Of a stretch of DNA of 64,000 nucleotides, positions 30,613 to 39,965 are shown in pieces. This DNA comes from Gemmatimonadales bacterium (GTDB lineage: Bacteria > Gemmatimonadota > Gemmatimonadetes > Gemmatimonadales > GWC2-71-9), in assembly GCA_965249575.1 (NCBI GenBank), contig OZ252244.1, positions 3,712,001 to 3,776,000 on the forward strand. Direction: 5' to 3'. Every line of letters begins with the position of its first letter. Position 1 is the first letter of the stretch. The notes under the pieces are model-generated. The model saw only the letters and a list, made by a program, of their open reading frames with translations. It did not search any database and had not been told where the DNA came from. Made by a program: the position numbers and the translations under genes.

Positions 30613-31407
30613 ATGGCGACAACGATAACCCCCAGACAGGTGGAAGAGCGCTCGTTTGGAGCTACGCTGCGCCCCGACCCATGGTGGATCGCACCCTCGA
30701 TAGTCGCGCTTGGACTGCTTGCCTTCGGCGTGTACTCGACCTGGGCCGCATGGGTCGGTGAGCATTTCGAATGGGGACCCTACCTTTCGCCCTTCTACTC
30801 GCCGCACCTGTCTTTCCAATGGTGGCCCGTGTCACCCGCGTTCCTCATTCTCTGGGCACCGCTCGGCTTTCGTGCGACCTGCTACTACTATCGCAAAGCC
30901 TACTACCGGGCATTTTTTCTCGATCCGGCCGCGTGCGCCGTGGGCGAACCAGAGCGCGATTACCAGGGCGAGCGCAAGCTGTTCATCTTCCAGAATCTAC
31001 ACCGGTTCTTCATGTATTTGGCCGTGATTTTCATCTTTATTCTTTCCTACGACGCTCTCGTGTCCTTTATCTGGCCGGTCAACGGCGTATTGGTCTCGGG
31101 GGCGATGGCCCCCGGGCCGCGCGAGTTTGGGATCGGGGTGGGCAGTATCGTTCTCACACTCAACGTTGTCTTCCTGGCCGCGTTCACCTTCGGTTGCCAC
31201 GCCTTGCGACACGCGGTCGGGGGCAATGTCGATTGCTTCTCCTGCTCGGCGCTCGGGCGACATCGTCACCGGCTCTGGCGCGGCGTTAGCCGGCTCAACG
31301 AGCGCCACATGCTGTGGGCCTGGGTTTCCCTCGCGTGGGTGGGCCTCTCCGACCTCTACGTGCGCCTCGTTTCGATGGGTGTCATCCCCGATGTGAGGCT
31401 CCTGTAA
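30613..31407 (+). CDS. Succinate dehydrogenase membrane anchor, mycobacterial Sdh1-like
   Basis: YLSPFYSP, FRATCYYYRKAYYRAF, NLHRFF, GCHALRH and HMLWAW motifs; several TM helices; TAATG coupling to sdhA. Confidence 0.8.
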   Translation: MATTITPRQVEERSFGATLRPDPWWIAPSIVALGLLAFGVYSTWAAWVGEHFEWGPYLSPFYSPHLSFQWWPVSPAFLILWAPLGFRATCYYYRKAYYRAFFLDPAACAVGEPERDYQGERKLFIFQNLHRFFMYLAVIFIFILSYDALVSFIWPVNGVLVSGAMAPGPREFGIGVGSIVLTLNVVFLAAFTFGCHALRHAVGGNVDCFSCSALGRHRHRLWRGVSRLNERHMLWAWVSLAWVGLSDLYVRLVSMGVIPDVRLL

Positions 31408-33206
31408 TGCCGGACGTGAAGCGATATCGACATGACGTGATCGTGGTGGGTGCAGGTGGCGCGGGCCTGCGGGCGGCTATCGAGGCGCGAGTACAGGGAG
31501 CCTCCGTCGCATTGGTGTGCAAGTCCCTCCTCGGCAAGGCCCACACGGTCATGGCCGAAGGAGGTGCCGCGGCCGCCCTGGGAAACGTCATGGATGAAGA
31601 CAACTGGCGGGTGCATTTTCGCGACACGATGCGCGGCGGCAAAATGCATGGCAACTGGCGGATGGCGCAGATCCACGCCCAGGAGGCTCCCGATCGCATT
31701 CGCGAGCTCGAGGCGTGGGGTGCCCTCTTCGACCGGACGGCGGAAGGACGGATCAACCAGCGCCCTTTCGGCGGACACACGTACTCGAGGCTCGCTCACG
31801 TCGGGGATCGTACCGGGTTGGAAATGATCCGGGTCCTGCAGGATGAGGGCGTTCATAGCGGTATCGATGTGTTCATGGAGTTCACGGTTGTCTCGCTCCC
31901 AGTCGTCAACGAGCGCGTCGTGGGGGCCGTCGCGTACATCAGGGAGAGCGGACGCTTCGTCGTGTTCGAGGGGAGCGCGGTGGTGCTCGCCACGGGGGGG
32001 ATCGGAAAAGCCTGGGAAGTCACGTCTAACTCGTGGGAATATACCGGTGACGGTCATGCCCTGGCATATGAGTCCGGCGCCGAGCTCATCGATATGGAGT
32101 TCGTGCAGTTCCATCCAACGGGTATGGTGTGGCCGCCGAGCGTTCGAGGAATCCTGGTGACCGAGGGAGTGCGAGGAGAAGGCGGGATTCTGACGAACTC
32201 AGAAGGCAGGCGGTTCATGTTCGAGAACGTCCCCGACATGTTCAAAGGGGACTTCGCCGAGAGTGAGGCGGAAGCTGATCGATGGGTAGCTGGCGATCGG
32301 AAGAATAACCGGCGGCCGCCCGAGCTCCTGACACGAGACGTGATCGCACGAGCCATCATGCGGGAAGTCAAAGAGGGCCAGGGCAGTCCACATGGAGGTG
32401 CATTCCTGAACATCGCGGCAAAGCAGAGCCCGGAATACATCAGGAAAAAACTGCCATCGATGTTCCATCAGTTCAAAGAGCTGGCCGGTGTGGACATCAC
32501 CCGCGAGAGGATGGAGGTTGGGCCGACGACGCACTATATGATGGGTGGAGTAAAGGTCGATCCCGAGACGCAAGCGGCGACGGTGCCCGGGCTCTTCGCC
32601 GCTGGAGAAGTCGCGGCAGGATTGCACGGGGCCAACCGGCTCGGAGGCAATTCGCTGAGTGATTTGCTGGTGTTCGGTCGCCGGGCGGGTGCGGGTGCCG
32701 CCGATTTCGCCGCCTCGCAGGGGCCCGCTTCGGCCATTCCGGCCAGCGAAGTACAGCAGGCATTAGACGACTCCCTCGCCCCGTTCGGCCGCACGGAGGG
32801 TGAGAATCCATACGAGCTGCAATCCGATCTACAACGGCTCATGCAGGCCGATGCCGGAATCGTCCGCGACCAAGACGGTCTCCAGCGCGCCGTCGGGGAG
32901 GTGCAAAAACTCGCGCAGCGCGCTCGCAAGGTCGCGGTCGTCGGGAGCCGAGAGTACAACCCCGGCTGGAACACGGCCATTGACCTTCGATCCCTGCTCA
33001 CCGTGTCCGAAGCGGTAGCGCGGGCCGGGGCAGCCCGCGCAGAGAGCCGGGGAGCCCACACCCGCCTCGATTTTCCCGATAGCGAGCCCAGGCTCGAGCG
33101 CGTCGAGCTCGTGATCCGCAAGGAGAATGGACAGATGAGTGTCTCCGAGCGCGCGCAGCCCGAGGTTCCCGCCGACCTCGCAAACATCATCAAGGAAGGC
33201 CGCTAA
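31407..33206 (+). CDS. sdhA: Succinate dehydrogenase/fumarate reductase flavoprotein
   Basis: GAGGAG, AHTVMAEGG, QFHPT, TEGVRGEGG, HYMMGG, HGANRLGGNSL and ESRGAH motifs. Confidence 0.95.
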   Translation: MPDVKRYRHDVIVVGAGGAGLRAAIEARVQGASVALVCKSLLGKAHTVMAEGGAAAALGNVMDEDNWRVHFRDTMRGGKMHGNWRMAQIHAQEAPDRIRELEAWGALFDRTAEGRINQRPFGGHTYSRLAHVGDRTGLEMIRVLQDEGVHSGIDVFMEFTVVSLPVVNERVVGAVAYIRESGRFVVFEGSAVVLATGGIGKAWEVTSNSWEYTGDGHALAYESGAELIDMEFVQFHPTGMVWPPSVRGILVTEGVRGEGGILTNSEGRRFMFENVPDMFKGDFAESEAEADRWVAGDRKNNRRPPELLTRDVIARAIMREVKEGQGSPHGGAFLNIAAKQSPEYIRKKLPSMFHQFKELAGVDITRERMEVGPTTHYMMGGVKVDPETQAATVPGLFAAGEVAAGLHGANRLGGNSLSDLLVFGRRAGAGAADFAASQGPASAIPASEVQQALDDSLAPFGRTEGENPYELQSDLQRLMQADAGIVRDQDGLQRAVGEVQKLAQRARKVAVVGSREYNPGWNTAIDLRSLLTVSEAVARAGAARAESRGAHTRLDFPDSEPRLERVELVIRKENGQMSVSERAQPEVPADLANIIKEGR

Positions 33207-33949
33207 TGGCTCAGCGCACGTTCAAGGTGTTCCGGGGGACGCGCGAGCAGAATGCGATCGAACAGTACCGCGTCGAGTGTGATGAAGGCATGGTCGTCCT
33301 CGACGCCGTACTCCGATTGCAGGCGGAGCAGGAGCCAGACCTGGCGTGCCGCTGGAATTGCAAGGCCGGGAAGTGCGGGAGCTGTAGCGCCGAAATCAAC
33401 GGCAAGCCCCGTCTCATGTGCATGACGCGTCTGTCGGACTATGACGCTGACAGCGTCGTCACCATCACGCCGATGCGTGCATTCCCCGTGATCAAGGACC
33501 TGGTTACGGATGTCTCTTGGAATTATGAGGTCAATCGGCGCATTCCGCGATTCGCCCCGCGGGCGCCGGACTTTCCGGACGGATCGTGGCGGATGTTCCA
33601 GTACGAGGTGGAGCGACCCCAGGAGTTCCGGAAGTGCATCGAGTGCTTCTTGTGCCAGGACGTTTGCCATGTACTCCGGACACACGAGAAACACAACGAG
33701 TTCATGGGCCCTGCATTCCTGACCCGAGCCGCCGTGTATGAGACGCACCCCCTAGACACGGCCGATCGGTCGGAGCATATCAAGGAGGCGGGCGGTATCG
33801 GCTACTGCAACATCACCAAGTGTTGCACGGAGGTTTGTCCCGAGAGCATCCGGATTACGGACAACGCGATCATTCCGTTGAAGGAGCGAGTGGTGGATCG
33901 CCACTACGATCCGGTAAAGAAATTGGTACGGCTCGTCATGGGTAGGTAG
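33206..33949 (+). CDS. sdhB: Succinate dehydrogenase iron-sulfur subunit
   Basis: CKAGKCGSC, CIECFLCQDVC and CNITKCCTEVCP clusters. Confidence 0.95.
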   Translation: MAQRTFKVFRGTREQNAIEQYRVECDEGMVVLDAVLRLQAEQEPDLACRWNCKAGKCGSCSAEINGKPRLMCMTRLSDYDADSVVTITPMRAFPVIKDLVTDVSWNYEVNRRIPRFAPRAPDFPDGSWRMFQYEVERPQEFRKCIECFLCQDVCHVLRTHEKHNEFMGPAFLTRAAVYETHPLDTADRSEHIKEAGGIGYCNITKCCTEVCPESIRITDNAIIPLKERVVDRHYDPVKKLVRLVMGR

Positions 33950-34035
33950 CGCGCCGGTCCGATACACGGGCGCCTCGTACGAACTCTCGATCCGCGGTCC
34001 ACTGCCTCCAGTCATCAGCGCCCCAGGAGGACGCC

Positions 34036-34596
34036 ATGATTACGCTTCCCGCACTGTGGTTACCGATTGTTGTCTCAACCGTGTTGGTGTGGATGGCCAG
34101 CGCGCTCGTGTGGATGGCTCTCCCGCACCACAAGTCGGATTTCCGAGGCGTTCCCGATGAGGGGGAACTGCTCAGTGGACTGCGGAAGCGGGGGTTGAGT
34201 CCGGGCCAGTACTGGTTCCCGTACTACCCGGACCAGAAATCCATGAAGACTCCCGAAGCCAAACAGAAACTCGAGGACGGGCCGGTGGGGCTCCTCACGA
34301 TTTGGCCGTCGGGCATGCCAAAGATGGGGAAGTCAATTGGACTGTCGGCAATCTTTTACCTAGTCGTCTCGTCGTTTACCGCGTACGTGGCCGGTCGAAC
34401 GCTGCTGCCGGGGACGGAGTACCTGCACGTCTTCCGCGTGACCGGTACGGTGGCGTTCGTCGCGTACGCCGCGGCGCTCGTTCCAGATGCGATTTGGTTC
34501 GGAAGGCCGTGGAGCAACACGTGGAAGATGGTGGCCGATGGGGCCCTCTACGGGTTGCTCACCGCCGGTGTTTTTGGATGGCTGTGGCCGGAATGA
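34036..34596 (+). CDS. Hypothetical integral membrane protein
   Basis: AGGAGG RBS; about four hydrophobic segments; LPHHKSDF and PGQYWFP. Confidence 0.8.
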   Translation: MITLPALWLPIVVSTVLVWMASALVWMALPHHKSDFRGVPDEGELLSGLRKRGLSPGQYWFPYYPDQKSMKTPEAKQKLEDGPVGLLTIWPSGMPKMGKSIGLSAIFYLVVSSFTAYVAGRTLLPGTEYLHVFRVTGTVAFVAYAAALVPDAIWFGRPWSNTWKMVADGALYGLLTAGVFGWLWPE

Positions 34597-34645
34597 CCTG
34601 TGGGGTTTCAAACGGCGCAGGTGCCGTCCTCCGAGCGGAGCAGGG

Positions 34646-35056
34646 CTACGCGCCGCGATACTCCACATAGTTGCGGGGGGTCTCCCACAGCACGAGCTTC
34701 ACGAGCCGGCCGGGCAGGTGATCCTGTAGCAGGTCCCAGATCACTACGATGATGTTCTCGCTCGTCGGTACGATTTCGGCGAACTCCGGCACGTCCAGAT
34801 TGAGGTTCTTGTGATCGAGGCGCTGAACCACACGGGTCTCGACGATCCGCTTGACCTCGCCCAGATCGGCCACGAACCCCGTGGCCGGGTTGATCTCGCC
34901 CTCCACCGACACATCCAGTTCATAGTTGTGGCCGTGGTAGTTCGGATTGTTGCAGAGCCCGTAGGTCCGCGTGTTCTCTTCGCTGCTGAGCACGGGGCTA
35001 TGGAGACGATGAGCCGCGTTGAAGTGAACGCGGCGCGTGACCATCACGTTCGGCAA
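34646..35056 (-). CDS. queD: 6-pyruvoyl/6-carboxy-tetrahydropterin synthase
   Basis: FNAAHRL, CNNPNYHGHNY, LDHKNLN, PTSEN and LWET motifs. Confidence 0.88.
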   Translation of the reverse strand: MPNVMVTRRVHFNAAHRLHSPVLSSEENTRTYGLCNNPNYHGHNYELDVSVEGEINPATGFVADLGEVKRIVETRVVQRLDHKNLNLDVPEFAEIVPTSENIIVVIWDLLQDHLPGRLVKLVLWETPRNYVEYRGA

Positions 35057-35096
35057 GAAGCGGTCGGGGGCCGTGCCGCGGGCGGCTCGGGTGCTC

Positions 35097-37100
35097 TTAG
35101 GACTCGAGCCGGGCCGAGCGATCGTGCCTGACGACCCATAGCCCGCTGTTGCCGTCGGTAGCGAAGATGTACCCCTTGAACGGCCGGATACCCGAGACGT
35201 CGGGGGTGTTGACCTTCAATGCGTCGGTCTCCGCGGCCGAGCGAAACCTACCCAGCTCACGGCCCTGACGGTACAAGTCCCCCAGCAGCCGACCGGTGAT
35301 GTCGACAAAGCGAATCCCGGCACCGCCGCTAGACGCGATGTGCAACACGTCACTCTCAATCCATACATCCCGGGCGTCGGCTTCGGGGATGGCGACTCTG
35401 GCGACCAGCTCGGGCTCTTCGATTTTCGACACATTGAGTATGTCCACGCGAGCGTTCGGGCCCTCCGGGCAGGCAATACAATTTGTGGGCTCGGCCACGA
35501 TGTACACGTAGTCACCCTGTCGAAACGCCGAGCGCACGAGGGATCCGGGTTTCGAGTGTGCGGCAACGAATGCCGGCGCTACAGCGGATCCCCCCTTCGT
35601 GACGTCGAGGACGACCAGCCCATCCTGCCCGTACGAGAGGTAGAGGTGGCGATTGTCACTCCACACATCGAATAGCCGCTTGTCTCCCTCACCCTTTCGG
35701 TGCTCCCAGTCTGCTACGTGCCTCGGTTGGCTCGGGTCTCCCGCGTCGATGATGCGAAGGCTGTTGCTACCCCCATCAACGGCGTAGAGGGCCCCGTCGG
35801 TCACCCAGACGTTGGGTACTCGTCCCCGAAATCCTTCGCTCAGCTTTCCCATTACGGAAGGGTGAGCCGGGTCTGATAGGTCCAGAAACGTAATTCCCGT
35901 CTGGGCGGAAGCACGTCCGGAATGGGCGACAGCGGCCCATGATCCCGAACCGTTGACCTTGATGTCTTCGATCTCTACGGCGTCGAACGCGACCGAGTCG
36001 GTGAGCTTCACCTCCGAGGGCTTCGTCACGTCCCACACGTACACCCTCGCGTCCCCGGCCTCCGAGCGGGTACCGGTATACGCGTAGTCGCGGATGTCCG
36101 TGCCCGTAAAGACCCACAAGTCGGTGGTGCGGTACTGGGCGACGCCGCCGCGCCCGACAAAGCTGACCGGCGTGCGGCGGGGTCTCGGACCGACCTGGAC
36201 GATGGCCTCCGATATGGCCGACAGCCCTGCCGTGACCAGCACGCGATAGGCCCCGGGATGTTCGGCTACGAACACGCCGTCGTCGGATACGTCGGCACGA
36301 CCCGAGTCCAGCGGCACCACCGAAAACGCCAGCGCGACATCGTCGACTAATTCACCGCGTCCGTCGTATGGAACGGCGCGGAACCGTACTGGGTCGCCGG
36401 TCCGGGACTGGGCGGAGCCCGGAGAAACTGTCACGGTCCGCACCGGGTTCTCGGTCACACGCAGCTCCCGCGACCCGGTGATTCCGTCGACCCGCGCTGA
36501 AATCGAGACCTTGCCCGGCTTGATCAGGCGTACGACGCCGCTGGGTGTAACCGTCGCGCGGCACGGATCCTCGGTGCGCCAGATCAGCTTGGCTTGTTCA
36601 TTCTTCGTTTCTCGGTCCGTAAAGGCGGTCGCATCCAGCTTGAACGTCGTGCCCACGTAGGGAGAGACTTCGGGGGCGCCAATCTCGATTCGCGCCACCG
36701 GCCAGTCTTTCACCAAAACCCCAACGGAATCGATACGTCGTGGATCCGGCGTGTCTCCCTGGAGCGGTAGCTGGATTGCGACGTACAGGGTGAGCTGTCC
36801 CGGGCGGTCTGCCGAAAGCCGGAAGTCGCCCTCGGTACCGTCTCGGATCAAGTTCACGATGCCGGAGCCTCCCTCGAGGTCCCACGCCACTCCTGGTATT
36901 TCTTGGCCACCTTCATCCTCGAACACAACCCTGCCCACCGCGGTATCCCCGCGAGCGACTTGTATCGGATTGGGTGTGATGGTCACACGGTCGACGCGCG
37001 CGCCGGCCTCGAGTGCGTTGGCCGAGGGTTCTTGAGACGCTGAAACGGTTGCTACCGCCACCAGCAAGAACGCGGAGATTACCGACACTTTAGGGTCCAT
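35097..37100 (-). CDS. Secreted Ig-like (Big_2-type) plus LVIVD-repeat protein
   Basis: Signal peptide from ATG 37100; ATVTPSGVV Ig-like repeats; repeated LRIIDA/LVVLDV/ITFLDL..P units. Confidence 0.8.
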   Translation of the reverse strand: MDPKVSVISAFLLVAVATVSASQEPSANALEAGARVDRVTITPNPIQVARGDTAVGRVVFEDEGGQEIPGVAWDLEGGSGIVNLIRDGTEGDFRLSADRPGQLTLYVAIQLPLQGDTPDPRRIDSVGVLVKDWPVARIEIGAPEVSPYVGTTFKLDATAFTDRETKNEQAKLIWRTEDPCRATVTPSGVVRLIKPGKVSISARVDGITGSRELRVTENPVRTVTVSPGSAQSRTGDPVRFRAVPYDGRGELVDDVALAFSVVPLDSGRADVSDDGVFVAEHPGAYRVLVTAGLSAISEAIVQVGPRPRRTPVSFVGRGGVAQYRTTDLWVFTGTDIRDYAYTGTRSEAGDARVYVWDVTKPSEVKLTDSVAFDAVEIEDIKVNGSGSWAAVAHSGRASAQTGITFLDLSDPAHPSVMGKLSEGFRGRVPNVWVTDGALYAVDGGSNSLRIIDAGDPSQPRHVADWEHRKGEGDKRLFDVWSDNRHLYLSYGQDGLVVLDVTKGGSAVAPAFVAAHSKPGSLVRSAFRQGDYVYIVAEPTNCIACPEGPNARVDILNVSKIEEPELVARVAIPEADARDVWIESDVLHIASSGGAGIRFVDITGRLLGDLYRQGRELGRFRSAAETDALKVNTPDVSGIRPFKGYIFATDGNSGLWVVRHDRSARLES

Positions 37101-37284
37101 CGGGCGTTCCTCATTCAGGTGACGAGGGGGAGTAGCCGTGACGAATATTAGCTCCCTGGTATGACGCTCGAAACCCCGGAATGTTCCGGCATCGGGGTTT
37201 ACTGTGGACACGGAACGCGGGAGATCTTATCGTGCGCAGGCGTTGAGCCTGCGGTGCCGCTCTTGCCGCAACGAGCGGCGGCCC

Positions 37285-38325
37285 ATGCCGAGGGGATCCA
37301 CGTCGCCGCCGCCAAAGGGAGAGCCTCTGAGTCAGCGCGCGACCAACGCCGCTGGTGTCTTGCTTGCTACGCTCGTTGCCGGGCCGCTCGAAGCACAAGC
37401 GCCAGGCATCGATGTGCTGTACGGCAGGTGGTGGGGTGATTCAGGCACGAGCGTGTATTCCGCCGCCTACGTGCGGCCGGCCTTGGGTCCCATTAGCTAC
37501 GGCCTGGGAGTGATCCACATCGACGACAGACTTTCACCCCTCAACCGCACCCAGACCGGGGGCGAGCTAACTGTTGGCCTGGGCCGTCAAGGATCCGGCC
37601 CTTACTCCATTGGCGCGGTGAGCCTGGCAATGCGTCACGACGATGGAAGCCTCGACGCGCACTGGAGTGTCGGGTTGGGATATGCGTTTCGGGCGGTGTC
37701 GGCGGTGTCGCTGGGTATCGAAGCTGCGTACCGGGTCGAAGACAGCCGCGCCCAGGGCTTCTGGCGGCTCGACCCGTCGGATCGCCGAGGCGTCGTCCTC
37801 CAGGGACGCTTGATGGTGCGGTTGGGAAGCGGGGGCGAGCGCGCGGGCAGGCCTCGGGGGGGAGCGGGTGTGCTTCCAACATCGATGGCTGGCAGTGAGG
37901 CCCGAGCGGGCCGACGGCTTCGGATGCCGGACGGCGCCGCCACCGCCGCGCGGGTTGTCGAGATCGCGCTTGCGGCCATGGGCACGCCCTATCAATGGGG
38001 GGGGTCAGACGCCAACGGATACGACTGCTCGGGTCTGATTCAGTTCGCGTACGGCGAGCACGGGATTCTGTTGCCGCGCGTGAGTAGAGACCAAGCACGA
38101 TTGGGTACCGCGGTCGACCTCGCAGTGGGAGGGCTTGCACCGGGGGACATCCTCGGCTTCGCACTCGAAGGAACGCGTGTGTCGCATGTGGGCCTCTACG
38201 TTGGCGGTGGGGATTTCATTCATTCGACGTCGACGGGTGTCCGGCTCTCCAGCCTGAGCGCTACCGATCCGGATAGTCAGTGGTGGCAGACTCGTTGGGT
38301 CTCCGCTCGACGGCTGCTCGAGTAG
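37285..38325 (+). CDS. NlpC/P60 (C40) peptidase with N-terminal putative beta-barrel; start uncertain
   Basis: MGTPYQWGG, GYDCSGL, LPRVSRDQ, SHVGLY and FIHS motifs. Confidence 0.88.
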   Translation: MPRGSTSPPPKGEPLSQRATNAAGVLLATLVAGPLEAQAPGIDVLYGRWWGDSGTSVYSAAYVRPALGPISYGLGVIHIDDRLSPLNRTQTGGELTVGLGRQGSGPYSIGAVSLAMRHDDGSLDAHWSVGLGYAFRAVSAVSLGIEAAYRVEDSRAQGFWRLDPSDRRGVVLQGRLMVRLGSGGERAGRPRGGAGVLPTSMAGSEARAGRRLRMPDGAATAARVVEIALAAMGTPYQWGGSDANGYDCSGLIQFAYGEHGILLPRVSRDQARLGTAVDLAVGGLAPGDILGFALEGTRVSHVGLYVGGGDFIHSTSTGVRLSSLSATDPDSQWWQTRWVSARRLLE

Positions 38326-38381
38326 ATCTCCGTCCGCTCGATTCAGCCCGACGTAGAAACCGCATTCGATAGGGATAAGAC

Positions 38382-38915
38382 GTGGCGTGGATTCGGTGGA
38401 TCCCGGAAGATGAAGCGTCTGAACTATACCGCCGAGTCGGCGGGCGTGATGGGGTCGATCACATTCTCAAAATTCACTCGCTCAACGCGGAGTCGCTCGA
38501 GGGCCACTTCACGGTCTACCAGCACCTCATGCGTGGCCCGTCGGGGCTCTCACGGGCCGAACGAGAGATGATCGCTGTGGTTGTCTCGAGCGCCAACAAG
38601 TGCTTCTACTGAATCCGCCACCACGGAGCGGGTCTCCGTAGGCTGCTACGGGACGAGCGCAAAGTCCATGCGCTCGAGACCGACTATCAAACTGCGGCGC
38701 TCAGCGAGCGGGAGCGGGCCATGCTGGACTATGCCGTGAAACTCACTCGCTCGCCTGACGCCATGGGTGCATCCGACGTCGATGCCCTCCGACTGGTCGG
38801 CATGACCGACGGGGAGATTCTCGACGTTTGCCAGATCACGGCCTACTACAACTACGTGAACCGGCTGGCGGATGGGTTGGGAGTAGAGCTCGAACCCTAC
38901 TGGCAACGGCAGTAA
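38382..38915 (+). CDS. AhpD/CMD-family peroxidase-related protein, predicted selenoprotein (Sec at TGA 38610-38612)
   Basis: LSRAEREMIAVVVSSANKCFY*IRHHGAGL...LSERERAMLDYAVKLT...AYYNYVNRLADGLG in one frame; the TGA sits at the second Cys of CxxC. Confidence 0.88.
38623..38639 (+). promoter_or_regulatory. Candidate bacterial SECIS hairpin
   Basis: ACGGAG-CGGGT-CTCCGT; the loop starts 16 nt after the TGA and has G at position 2. Confidence 0.6.
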
Positions 38916-38931
38916 CGCTTCTGGCGTTTCG

Positions 38932-39696
38932 CTATGGGGTCGGTTCGGTGAACACCCCGTCGACGACCGCCGTTCCGATAGCCACCTCCGGAAAGAAGAT
39001 CCTCGACCTGCCAGTGAGTGAAGGGCGGCTGAGCGACACGACGAGCGGCCCGCGCCGTTCCCATCCTTCCCATCGGTTACGAGTGTTGGTCGCCGTGTCC
39101 GCGCGGTGGCGGAAGTGTTCCCACCACCCGATGAGGTGAGAATCGGGATCGAGGTACACATTGTAGCGATTATCTGGGGTGAGCCCGACGGAATCGAAAG
39201 TGAGTTCGATCTGAACCCACCGGCGTCCTGTGGGGTCCGTCACACTGCCGCGGTGGGTTAGTGAAACGCCTGGGTCCCGCCACTTAAACGGCATGAGCAG
39301 CCAATAGACGTCGTTGATGTGCGCCCCGTAGGCGCGATCCAGCAAGGTCCGCACGGTATCGCCGGCCAGCCTTCGGCCGTCGATCCACACGCTGCCATTC
39401 CGGCTTTCGGTGTCGAAATAGGCCACTAGCTGCCCGCCGTCGTGGGGCATTTCGAGCCGGTACCGGCCGGTCCAACGATCCCAGACGTGCCGCCGTCTGA
39501 AGGTCGAGCCGTTCGGCCGCTCAACAGCCCACACGAAATCGAAGTACCGCGCGGATTCCCACGCCTCCCGTCCTCCCATGGCCTCAACCATGAGCGATTC
39601 GGCTTCGAGTGCTGCGCCGCCGGACGCTTGTGCGAGGCCATCCCGGGAGATCAAGGTCGCGAATAGCAGTGAGGCCAGGGGCACGGTGCGCCACAT
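38932..39696 (-). CDS. Hypothetical secreted protein
   Basis: GGAG RBS; signal peptide; AMGGREAW and INDVYWLLMPFKWRDPGV; family not named with confidence. Confidence 0.8.
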   Translation of the reverse strand: MWRTVPLASLLFATLISRDGLAQASGGAALEAESLMVEAMGGREAWESARYFDFVWAVERPNGSTFRRRHVWDRWTGRYRLEMPHDGGQLVAYFDTESRNGSVWIDGRRLAGDTVRTLLDRAYGAHINDVYWLLMPFKWRDPGVSLTHRGSVTDPTGRRWVQIELTFDSVGLTPDNRYNVYLDPDSHLIGWWEHFRHRADTATNTRNRWEGWERRGPLVVSLSRPSLTGRSRIFFPEVAIGTAVVDGVFTEPTP

Positions 39697-39887
39697 GGGT
39701 CATCTCCGAGGAGGGTAACAGCAGGGAATCTCGGCGTTCGCCAGGGTCGGCGCCAGGGCAGCCGCTGCCTCGGGAACGAGTGGCACGCTCGGTCGGTGGC
39801 CTCCGCATCGGCGTGCCTGTAGTGGCACTGGCGGATCCAAGTCTCGGGTGCTTGACAAGGCAGGGCGAGAGGTTTTTCTTTAGCTCG

Positions 39888-39914
39888 TTAGCACTCAGTA
39901 TCATAGAGTGCTAA
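39888..39914 (+). promoter_or_regulatory. CIRCE operator (HrcA site)
   Basis: Perfect TTAGCACTC-N9-GAGTGCTAA; TTGACA at 39852-39857 upstream. Confidence 0.97.
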
Positions 39915-39965
39915 TTACGCTAACTGGTTGATGGACAACGTTTTAGTAGACGGAGGCACGAGGAC

